A DNA stretch of 37,948 nucleotides from Bacilli bacterium (GTDB taxonomy: Bacteria > Bacillota_I > Bacilli_A > RF39 > UBA660): NCBI GenBank assembly GCA_007116005.1, contig SKJH01000104.1, positions 1 through 37,948 of the forward strand. The letters run 5' to 3'. The notes below the pieces were generated by a model. It was not told where the DNA came from and ran no database searches. It saw nothing but the letters and a program-made list of their open reading frames with translations. Below, one piece after another: positions 25,439-32,680 of this stretch. Both the position numbers and the translations under genes were made by a program. How positions within the stretch are numbered: position 1 is the first letter of the stretch; every line of letters begins with the position of its first letter.

Positions 25439-26128
25439 TTAATTTTTATTTGTTTTTATTTTAATATATTTTTTTTGAAACTCAACACTAGAGTAATTCT
25501 CAACCTCAAAGTTTTTATATTCAGTTTCAATATAATGTTTCATTTTTTCTTTGGATTTTGTTACTATTCTACTAACATATGATCTACTAATAGCTAATTC
25601 TTCTGCTATTTTTTTTTGCGTAATTTTATCAAATTCAATACCGTAACTTTTCTTCACTACTTCTTTTTCTCTTTCTGATAAATGATTTAAAGAATCATTT
25701 ATCATGTTTTTTTCATAATCTTTTGATATGTTATTTACCCAATCATCTTCACTATTTTTATAATCTATAATTTCTATTTCATTAGTAGTAGAAGTGAAAA
25801 TATGTTTTTTACTTCTTCTTATATACATTAAAATTTCATTTTTGATACATCTTCTTGCAAATGAAGAAAACTTTATATTTTTACTTATATCAAATTTGTC
25901 TACAGATTTAATTAATCCAATCACTCCTTCTTGAAATAAATCGTTTTGATCTAAATTTGTACTAATAAACCAATTTGTAATATATGATACTAACCTTAGG
26001 TTATGTAAAATAATCTTTTGTTTAGAATCATTATCTCCTTGTTTATACTTTTGAAACAAGTTAATGATTTCATTATTTGTTAAAGGTTTTGGGAATAAAA
26101 CATCAGAAACGAAACTATTTTTATTCAT
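25439..26128 (-). CDS. Sigma-70 family RNA polymerase sigma factor of the SigE/SigK (sporulation-type) clade
   Basis: NLRLVSYITNWF and GLIKSVDKFDISKNIKFSSFARRCIKNEILMYIRR closely follow the SigE/SigK region 2-3 pattern as I remember it. Region 4.2 HTH is ITQKKIAEELAISRSYVSRI. SD AAGGAG. Confidence 0.85.
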   Translation of the reverse strand: MNKNSFVSDVLFPKPLTNNEIINLFQKYKQGDNDSKQKIILHNLRLVSYITNWFISTNLDQNDLFQEGVIGLIKSVDKFDISKNIKFSSFARRCIKNEILMYIRRSKKHIFTSTTNEIEIIDYKNSEDDWVNNISKDYEKNMINDSLNHLSEREKEVVKKSYGIEFDKITQKKIAEELAISRSYVSRIVTKSKEKMKHYIETEYKNFEVENYSSVEFQKKYIKIKTNKN

Positions 26129-26191
26129 TATTATACTCCTTAATATTTAAATTATATTTTTTACATAAATATAATATGAATAAAAAAATAA

Positions 26192-27469
26192 TTACCCCAC
26201 TAAATAAGGATAATTAATTTCATTTATTTTAATTGTACAAATATTACCTATTTGATTTTCACTTCCTTTGAATTTAATTTGTATGTAGTTTGAAGAATAA
26301 CCAATTAAATATCCATTATCATATTTTTCAGTTATAACTTCTAACTCTTTACCTATAAATTTTTCCATATAATTTTTTTCTAAATATTCTGATATTTCTA
26401 GCAGTTTTCTAACTCTTGTTTTTTTGATGTTATTATTTAACTGACCAGACATTTTAGCTGCCTTAGTCCCTTCTCTTTTAGAAAACGGAAATACATGTAA
26501 TTTAGTTAATTTCATTTCTTTTATAAAATTAAGTGTACTATTAAAATCTTCTTCACTTTCATTTGGAAATCCCACTATTACATCTGTTGTAATTGAAATT
26601 TCAGGTCGTATATTTCTAATTTCATTTATTTTATCTTTAAAATATTTTGTATCATATTTTCTATTCATATCTTTTAAGGTTTTATTACAACCAGATTGAA
26701 GTGGTATATGAAGGTGATTAACAATTTTTTTATTATTCTTTAATATATCCATAAATTTATTATCTAATTCAGTTATTTCAATTGAAGAAATTCTTATTCT
26801 TTCTAAACCATTTATTTTACATAATTCATTTAATAAATCACTAAAATCATATTCTTTTTTATCTTTTCCATAATGTCCTGTATGAATTCCTGTTAAAACA
26901 ACTTCAACATAACCATTATTTACAAGATTTTTAATTTCATCTATGACCTTTATCATGTCTTTTGATCTAATATTACCTCTTGAATATGGAATAATACAAT
27001 AAGAACAATAGTTATCACACCCATCTTGAATTTTAACAAACGCTCTAGTTCTTGTTTCAAAGTTATCTAATTCCATTGGTTCAAAATCTATATTTTTTAT
27101 ATCTTTTACATTTAATATTTTTTCCTTTGTATTTTTAAAATCATTTATTAATTCAATAATTTTACTTTTATCGTTATTTCCAATTATTATATCTACTCCC
27201 TCTATTTGTTTTACCTCATTTGATTTAACTTGGGAATAGCATCCCATAACTACAACAATTGCATTGGGATTTCTTTTAATAACTTGTCTAATTATTTTTC
27301 TACTTTTTGAGTCACTAGTATTTGTTACTGTACAAGTATTAATAACATAAACATCGCTTATATTATTAAAATCAGTAATTTCATAGTTATTTTTCTTAAA
27401 TAAATTCATTAATACTTCTGTTTCATATAAATTTACTTTACATCCTAAAGTATAAAATGCAACTTTCAT
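26192..27469 (-). CDS. mtaB: tRNA t6A37 methylthiotransferase MtaB (radical SAM MTTase)
   Basis: MKVAFYTLGCKVNLYE N-terminal MTTase domain, radical SAM CDNYCSYC, C-terminal TRAM-like end. It lies downstream of rsmE, as B. subtilis yqeV does. Confidence 0.9.
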   Translation of the reverse strand: MKVAFYTLGCKVNLYETEVLMNLFKKNNYEITDFNNISDVYVINTCTVTNTSDSKSRKIIRQVIKRNPNAIVVVMGCYSQVKSNEVKQIEGVDIIIGNNDKSKIIELINDFKNTKEKILNVKDIKNIDFEPMELDNFETRTRAFVKIQDGCDNYCSYCIIPYSRGNIRSKDMIKVIDEIKNLVNNGYVEVVLTGIHTGHYGKDKKEYDFSDLLNELCKINGLERIRISSIEITELDNKFMDILKNNKKIVNHLHIPLQSGCNKTLKDMNRKYDTKYFKDKINEIRNIRPEISITTDVIVGFPNESEEDFNSTLNFIKEMKLTKLHVFPFSKREGTKAAKMSGQLNNNIKKTRVRKLLEISEYLEKNYMEKFIGKELEVITEKYDNGYLIGYSSNYIQIKFKGSENQIGNICTIKINEINYPYLVG

Positions 27470-27482
27470 ATAATCCCCTCCA

Positions 27483-27504
27483 AAATAAAAAACCCTATGG
27501 GTTT
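27483..27504 (-). terminator. Hairpin with U-tract immediately upstream of the mtaB ribosome-binding site
   Basis: Minus strand: AAACCC (27504-27499) ATA GGGTTT (27495-27490), then TTTTATTTT running straight into the GGAGGGG SD and the mtaB ATG (27469). Confidence 0.5.
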
Positions 27505-27505
27505 A

Positions 27506-28135
27506 TTATAAATTATTTCTAAACTCTTTTAAAGACTTTAAGAATGTTTCACTATCATTATATGATAACTTTAACTCATTCTTATTCTCTTTATAGATTG
27601 GTTGTTGATTTGGTGTAAAAACTGAAGAAAATATTTCTTGAGGCTTAACTTTCGGTTGCGATTGTTGTTTTTCCATTTCATTTTCATCTGTATTAGTAAC
27701 CTCTATTTTTTTAACCATTGGCCTATTTGCATCTTCTACTTTAGCAGCTTTTATTAATTCTTGATAACTTATAATAGCAGTTTTTTCTTGTTCATCTTCA
27801 TATAAATCAGTAACATCCTTTTTATCTACACTAGCTTTTTCTAATTTTTTTACTATAGTGTTTAAATCTTTAGTTTTATCATTTTCTAAATCAATATCTA
27901 GCGTTTCTATTTCCTCTTCTTTTTGTTTGTTTTTTTGTATTACTTTCCTTTGTTCATCTTGAATTATTTTAATTTGCTTTTGAACTAAAGATTTTTGTAG
28001 TATCATTATAAACATCAAAATTATTAAAATAACAAAAAGCATAATAGCAATATAAAAGACTAGTCTTCCAATATTATTCAATTCCTCATAAAAATTGATA
28101 AAATTAACTGTAACAAAATTTAAAATATTATTCAT
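27506..28135 (-). CDS. Hypothetical single-pass membrane protein with a Lys/Glu/Gln-rich tail (209 aa)
   Basis: One TM helix (LVFYIAIMLFVILIILMFIMIL) is followed by a low-complexity charged region (QKNKQKEEEIETLDIDLEND...). SD GAGGTGA overlaps the rsmE stop. I recognise no family. Confidence 0.6.
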   Translation of the reverse strand: MNNILNFVTVNFINFYEELNNIGRLVFYIAIMLFVILIILMFIMILQKSLVQKQIKIIQDEQRKVIQKNKQKEEEIETLDIDLENDKTKDLNTIVKKLEKASVDKKDVTDLYEDEQEKTAIISYQELIKAAKVEDANRPMVKKIEVTNTDENEMEKQQSQPKVKPQEIFSSVFTPNQQPIYKENKNELKLSYNDSETFLKSLKEFRNNL

Positions 28136-28141
28136 TGTACT

Positions 28142-28852
28142 TCACCTCATAAATTCATAATTAATAATGCTTAATATATATAAGGGTGCTGTTTCTGACC
28201 TTAATATATTATTTCCCAAAGATGTACTAATAAATCCATTATCTATTAATAATTTTTCTTCATTATTAGAAAAACCACCTTCTGGTCCCACTACTATTAA
28301 TAGTTTATCACAATTAGAATTATCTTTTAATACTTGTTTTATGCTTGTTGACGTCTCGTTTACGGTAAATATTAAATTAAGTTCTTCTTTAAAATTTATT
28401 ATCTCTTTTATATCAATAATATTCTTTATTTTTGGTATACTATTTCTATGTGATTGCTCACTTGCTTCTTTACATATTTTACCCCATCTATTTATTTTTT
28501 TATCTTCATTTTTCTTGTCAATTTTTATAATTGATCTTTCTGATTTCATTGGAATTATAAAGTCAACACCAAGCTCTGTAGCTTTTTGTAGTAAATAATC
28601 AATTTTTTGTTCTTTAATAAGACATACTGCTAAAGTGATTTTAGGATTTACATCTTTTTCTAAGAGTGTTTTATTTATTACTTCGAATTTAATGTTTTTA
28701 TTTATTATTTCATTTATTACACATTCATATTCATTATAATCGTATATAATTTTGAATTTATTATTCTTTTTCATTCTCATAACATTTGTAATATGATGTA
28801 GATCGCTATCACATAATTCTAACTTTTCATTTACTGCGAAATATCTTTGCAT
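28142..28852 (-). CDS. rsmE: 16S rRNA (uracil1498-N3)-methyltransferase RsmE
   Basis: MQRYF start (ATG at 28852, SD TAGGTGA), C-terminal VVGPEGGFSNNEE ... LGNNILRSETA motifs typical of RsmE. Confidence 0.9.
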   Translation of the reverse strand: MQRYFAVNEKLELCDSDLHHITNVMRMKKNNKFKIIYDYNEYECVINEIINKNIKFEVINKTLLEKDVNPKITLAVCLIKEQKIDYLLQKATELGVDFIIPMKSERSIIKIDKKNEDKKINRWGKICKEASEQSHRNSIPKIKNIIDIKEIINFKEELNLIFTVNETSTSIKQVLKDNSNCDKLLIVVGPEGGFSNNEEKLLIDNGFISTSLGNNILRSETAPLYILSIINYEFMR

Positions 28853-28869
28853 ATTACTCACCTAACCCC

Positions 28870-28898
28870 ATTATATAAAATATAAATAATTAATTCAA
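28870..28898 (-). promoter_or_regulatory. Sigma-A-type promoter for rsmE
   Basis: -35 TTGAAT (28898-28893), 17-nt spacer, -10 TATAAT (28875-28870). Confidence 0.6.
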
Positions 28899-28904
28899 CA
28901 AAAA

Positions 28905-28933
28905 TTGAAAATAATGATATATTTTGTTATACT
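28905..28933 (+). promoter_or_regulatory. Sigma-A-type promoter for the plus-strand AAA+ gene, back to back with the rsmE promoter
   Basis: -35 TTGAAA (28905-28910), 17-nt spacer ending in TGT, -10 TATACT (28928-28933). SD AAGGAG lies 8 nt before the ATG at 28960. Confidence 0.6.
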
Positions 28934-28959
28934 AATATTGAAATAAAGGAGAATTAAAT

Positions 28960-29967
28960 ATGGAAAACAATAAAAAGGAATTTATAGAAGAATTATTTGA
29001 TATAGAAGAAAATCCAACAACTAATAAAAATGATGATCAAAAATTAGATTTAAATAAATTTTCAATGATGAAAAGGTATGGTGAAGAACTTACTTCAGTT
29101 GAATACGTTACTGATCCTGCTATTGAACGTGAGAACGAACTAAAAAAAATGATATTAACTTTATTCACTCCAGAAAAATCACCCATATTAGTAGGACCTC
29201 CTGGTACTGGTAAAACAGCGATTGTTGAAGGGTTAGCATATAGAATACAAAAAAAAGAAGTTCCTGATGCCCTAAAAGACTATAAAATAATAAAAATTAA
29301 TACAGTTGCAATGGTTGGTAATATTGAGAAAGAAGGAAATACAGAAGTTAAACTGCAACTTTTAATTGACGAGTTGGCACAATTAGATAAAACAATTCTT
29401 TTCATTGATGAAACTCATACATTAATTGGAAACAAAGAAAGTGGTGGACTTGATTTTGCTAATATATTAAAACCAGCATTATCAAGAGGTAACATAAAAA
29501 TGATTGGTGCTACAACAATTGCAGAATATGATCATTATATTGTAAAAGATAAGGCTTTCTTAAGAAGGTTAGAAAAAATTGAAATATTAGAACCAACTGC
29601 TGAGATGACAGTAAAAATATTACTAGGATCAATTCCAAAAATAGAAAAACATACAGGATTAAAAATGAATTATTCAAACTTTATAAAAGAAAGAGTTATG
29701 ACTTTTATTGTAGATATGACTACTGAATATAATAGAGTTTTTGAATCAGCTTCAAGATACCCAGATATATGTTTAGCAATGCTTACAAAAATATTCTCAT
29801 ATGCAATATTTGATAATCAAAATGAGGTTAAATTTAAACACATATGGCAAACTATTAGTACAACAGAAGCGGTTTACCCCGATGTGTTAAAAAAATATAA
29901 AGAGATATTCAAAAAAGAATTTGACGGGATATTAGAAGAAGAAAATGTAGATACATTTACATTTTAA
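28960..29967 (+). CDS. Single-domain AAA+ ATPase homologous to the D1 module of ClpA/ClpB/ClpC (no N-domain, M-domain or D2)
   Basis: DPAIERENELKKMILTLF..ILVGPPGTGKTAIVEGLAYRI (Walker A), TILFIDETHTLIG (Walker B), ANILKPALSRGNIKMIGATT (sensor 1), AFLRRLEKIEILEP (Arg finger). These run colinear with Clp/Hsp100 D1, and the protein ends after the D1 small subdomain. Confidence 0.85.
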   Translation: MENNKKEFIEELFDIEENPTTNKNDDQKLDLNKFSMMKRYGEELTSVEYVTDPAIERENELKKMILTLFTPEKSPILVGPPGTGKTAIVEGLAYRIQKKEVPDALKDYKIIKINTVAMVGNIEKEGNTEVKLQLLIDELAQLDKTILFIDETHTLIGNKESGGLDFANILKPALSRGNIKMIGATTIAEYDHYIVKDKAFLRRLEKIEILEPTAEMTVKILLGSIPKIEKHTGLKMNYSNFIKERVMTFIVDMTTEYNRVFESASRYPDICLAMLTKIFSYAIFDNQNEVKFKHIWQTISTTEAVYPDVLKKYKEIFKKEFDGILEEENVDTFTF

Positions 29968-29995
29968 AAAAATCATATAAATTTATATGATTTTT
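29968..29995. terminator. Bidirectional terminator between the convergent AAA+ and pilin-LamG genes
   Basis: A 28-nt perfect palindrome AAAAATCATATAAA|TTTATATGATTTTT has T-runs on both strands. It starts 1 nt after the AAA+ TAA and overlaps the pilin-gene TAA (29994-29996). Confidence 0.65.
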
Positions 29996-31457
29996 ATTTT
30001 TGTGAATTATATAATTGTTTTATTTCAGTTTCAGATAACGCTCTATTATATATACGGACATCGTCAATGTATTGTTTTGGATTTGCTCCTTGATAATTAT
30101 AAGAAATAGTCAAAGGCAAATCATTAACTATGTTACCAATTGAAGAAATGTCTATTGGTATTCCTAATTTTTCTCCATTAACATATCCAAATAATTCTGA
30201 TGTTTCTCTATTTATAACAACATCTATTTTGTACCAATTATTTAATTCCCAATTATAATTGAATTGTTGATAAATATGATTATCTGTTATATCTTGTAGT
30301 AATATAGATAATGTGTTGTTATGTAAAAAAAACAGATACCCTTCTCTATTTGAATTTCCCCATTGCCCACCTTGCCTTTTTCCAAGCAATGATTTCCTAT
30401 CTCCAAAAGCTCCTGGAAGTTCATTTAATTTAATCCAAATACTAATAGTCATACTTTTATCTAATATATTAAACATTGAACTTTCAGTAGTTTCTATTCG
30501 GTTAGGACTTCCATCAAAAAGATAAACTCCGCTGTTTCTTTCTTCATCAAAAATCCATCTTGGTGTTGTATTTAATTGTAATTCAGCATGATTACCGTTA
30601 CCAGAATAATCTTTTACAACACCTTCTCTTATTCCATTAACAAAGGGTGTTGCATAAGACTTTTTTTCTACCTGTATATTAAAAAAATAACATTTTTGTT
30701 CTATACCAGTAGGAAATCCAATATAAAAAGAAATTATATACTCAGTTGCATTTTGAGTTGTAAAAGTCGCCTTTTTCGTTCGAGTAGGAGAAACAAACCA
30801 AGTTTCTGTTTGTTTGTTGTATACTCTCCAACCCCAATTTGAACCTAATTCTCCTTCATAATTTAAACTTAAAGAATATTCAGTATTAGGTGACAAAACA
30901 AAATCGCCCAATCTTATACCATAGCCATTAGAATTAGAATTATATATTACTGTATTGTCTTCTATTTCTATATTTCCATAATTATTACCTCCAATTACCG
31001 AAACATTATTTATATCAACTAAATTCTCTGTAGGCTCCTGAAAATCATCAAATTTATAATGTAATACTAATCCATCATCACTACTACTGTGTATATCAAG
31101 TCCACATCTTAAATGAGGTGTATAATCATATTCAGTATCACTTAATTTCATTATCGTTACATATCCAGTACAATCTTCATTTTTATTATATGGATTTGTT
31201 ATTTCTGTTAACATACCATTTGATACTAAATAGTTTATTGATACTTCTGTTGTACTTCCTATTTCACCAGGAAGTGATCCTGTATTTCTTGATACATATA
31301 AATCTATTGCTTTTAATACCATTTGTTCATTTTTTAAATAAGCACTTATTCTAGAATTATCTACTACCTTTAATACTTGTGATATTGCTATTACAAGTAT
31401 TACTGCTAGTATTACTATTACTGCAAGTAACTCTATTAATGTGAATCCTTTTTTCAT
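29994..31457 (-). CDS. Type IV prepilin-like protein with a C-terminal LamG/concanavalin-type lectin region (487 aa)
   Basis: MKKG|FTLIELLAVIVILAVIL is a class III signal (G-1, F+1, E+5). The pilin-like head has C96/C118. The C-terminal part carries DYSGNGNHA, YLFDGS, IDDVRIYNRALSETEIKQLY (LamG-type). SD AGGTAGGTG. Confidence 0.85.
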   Translation of the reverse strand: MKKGFTLIELLAVIVILAVILVIAISQVLKVVDNSRISAYLKNEQMVLKAIDLYVSRNTGSLPGEIGSTTEVSINYLVSNGMLTEITNPYNKNEDCTGYVTIMKLSDTEYDYTPHLRCGLDIHSSSDDGLVLHYKFDDFQEPTENLVDINNVSVIGGNNYGNIEIEDNTVIYNSNSNGYGIRLGDFVLSPNTEYSLSLNYEGELGSNWGWRVYNKQTETWFVSPTRTKKATFTTQNATEYIISFYIGFPTGIEQKCYFFNIQVEKKSYATPFVNGIREGVVKDYSGNGNHAELQLNTTPRWIFDEERNSGVYLFDGSPNRIETTESSMFNILDKSMTISIWIKLNELPGAFGDRKSLLGKRQGGQWGNSNREGYLFFLHNNTLSILLQDITDNHIYQQFNYNWELNNWYKIDVVINRETSELFGYVNGEKLGIPIDISSIGNIVNDLPLTISYNYQGANPKQYIDDVRIYNRALSETEIKQLYNSQK

Positions 31458-31482
31458 TTTTACACCTACCTATTATAGTAAA

Positions 31483-31511
31483 ATTATATATTAATTACAT
31501 ATGATTTTCAA
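31483..31511 (-). promoter_or_regulatory. Consensus sigma-A promoter for the pilin-LamG gene
   Basis: -35 TTGAAA (31511-31506), 17-nt spacer, -10 TATAAT (31488-31483). Confidence 0.65.
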
Positions 31512-31517
31512 CTGTAT

Positions 31518-31544
31518 TAAAAAAAGGATATAAAAATACCCCTT
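31518..31544 (-). terminator. Weak/imperfect terminator after dnaJ
   Basis: Minus strand: AAGGGGTAT TTTT ATATCCTT, an imperfect stem, followed by TTTTTTAAT. Confidence 0.35.
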
Positions 31545-31552
31545 AATTTATA

Positions 31553-32668
31553 TTATTTGTTCTTTTTTAAATAGTTTTTATATTGATTAAATTTTTCGTT
31601 TTCTAAATCAGTTTTATTTAAATCATTAATTATTTGTTTTTGTTTTCTATCTAATTTATTTGGAATAACAACATCTAGAATTACGTACATATCTCCTTTT
31701 CTTCCGTTTGATATATTTGTAACTCCTTTTCCTTTTAGTCTATGTTTATCTTTGCTTTGACTTCCTGCTGGAATTGATAATATTACATTTCCATATAAAG
31801 TTGGAACTTCTTTTTTACATCCTAATATAGCTTCTGTAATAGTTAGTGGTAATTCTAAATAAATTTCTATATCTTCTCTTATAAATAATGGGTGTTTTTC
31901 AACATAAAACTCTATATATAAGTCACCATTTGGTCCACCATTTGAACCTGGGTTTCCTTTTCCTGCTACTCTTAATTGATTTCCTGTATCAATACCAGCA
32001 GGAACATTTATTTTTATTGTTTTCTTCTTCTTTGTTACACCTTTTCCTTTACAGTTATTACATGTTTTTTCATATGTATAACCTTCACCTTTGCATTGTG
32101 AGCATGTAGTTTTAGTCATAAATGAACCTAATATTGTTCTTTGTTCAGCTGTTACAGTACCACTACCATGACAAGTACCACATGTCTTTTTATCATGTCC
32201 ACCTATACCTTCACATTCGTCACATTCTTCATATGAATCTACTGTAACACTTTTATCTGTTCCAAAAACAGCATCCTCAAATGAAATATTCATAGACATA
32301 CCGATATCTGATCCTTTTTGTCTTCTATTTGATTTAGATGTTCCTCCTCCAAAATCAAATCCAAATGAAGAACCGAATATATCTGAAAATATATCATTAA
32401 AATCAAAATCTGTGTAGTTAAAACCGCCACCACCCATTCCAGAATTACTAAATGCTTGATGTCCCATTTGATCATATTGAGCACGTTTTTGTGAATCAGA
32501 TAATACAGAATATGCTTCTTGAATCTCTTTAAATTTTGCTTCTGCATCTGTTTCTTTGCTAACATCAGGATGATATTTTTTTGCAAGACGTTTAAATGCA
32601 GACTTTATTTCGGCATCAGATGCCCCTTTATTTAACCCTAATATTTCATAATAATCTCTTTTGTTCAT
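31553..32668 (-). CDS. dnaJ: Molecular chaperone DnaJ
   Basis: J domain (DYYEILGL...KKYHPDVS), G/F-rich linker, four CxxCxGxG zinc-finger repeats (CDECEGIG, CGTCHGSG, CSQCKGEG, CNNCKGKG). Confidence 0.97.
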   Translation of the reverse strand: MNKRDYYEILGLNKGASDAEIKSAFKRLAKKYHPDVSKETDAEAKFKEIQEAYSVLSDSQKRAQYDQMGHQAFSNSGMGGGGFNYTDFDFNDIFSDIFGSSFGFDFGGGTSKSNRRQKGSDIGMSMNISFEDAVFGTDKSVTVDSYEECDECEGIGGHDKKTCGTCHGSGTVTAEQRTILGSFMTKTTCSQCKGEGYTYEKTCNNCKGKGVTKKKKTIKINVPAGIDTGNQLRVAGKGNPGSNGGPNGDLYIEFYVEKHPLFIREDIEIYLELPLTITEAILGCKKEVPTLYGNVILSIPAGSQSKDKHRLKGKGVTNISNGRKGDMYVILDVVIPNKLDRKQKQIINDLNKTDLENEKFNQYKNYLKKNK

Positions 32669-32680
32669 GCTATACCTCCG

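Noticed and set aside
3362-28144. Possibility of Mollicutes-type code 4 (TGA = Trp), given the very low GC
   Set aside because: TGA closes at least three genes exactly where the next gene's SD, promoter or start follows (3362-3364, 12204-12206, 28142-28144). All conserved proteins have normal lengths under the standard code.
32290-32586. 98-aa minus-strand ORF inside dnaJ
   Set aside because: It is an alternative frame of dnaJ, whose own frame is validated by the J domain, the G/F region and four CxxCxGxG repeats. The ORF has no SD and a low-complexity translation.
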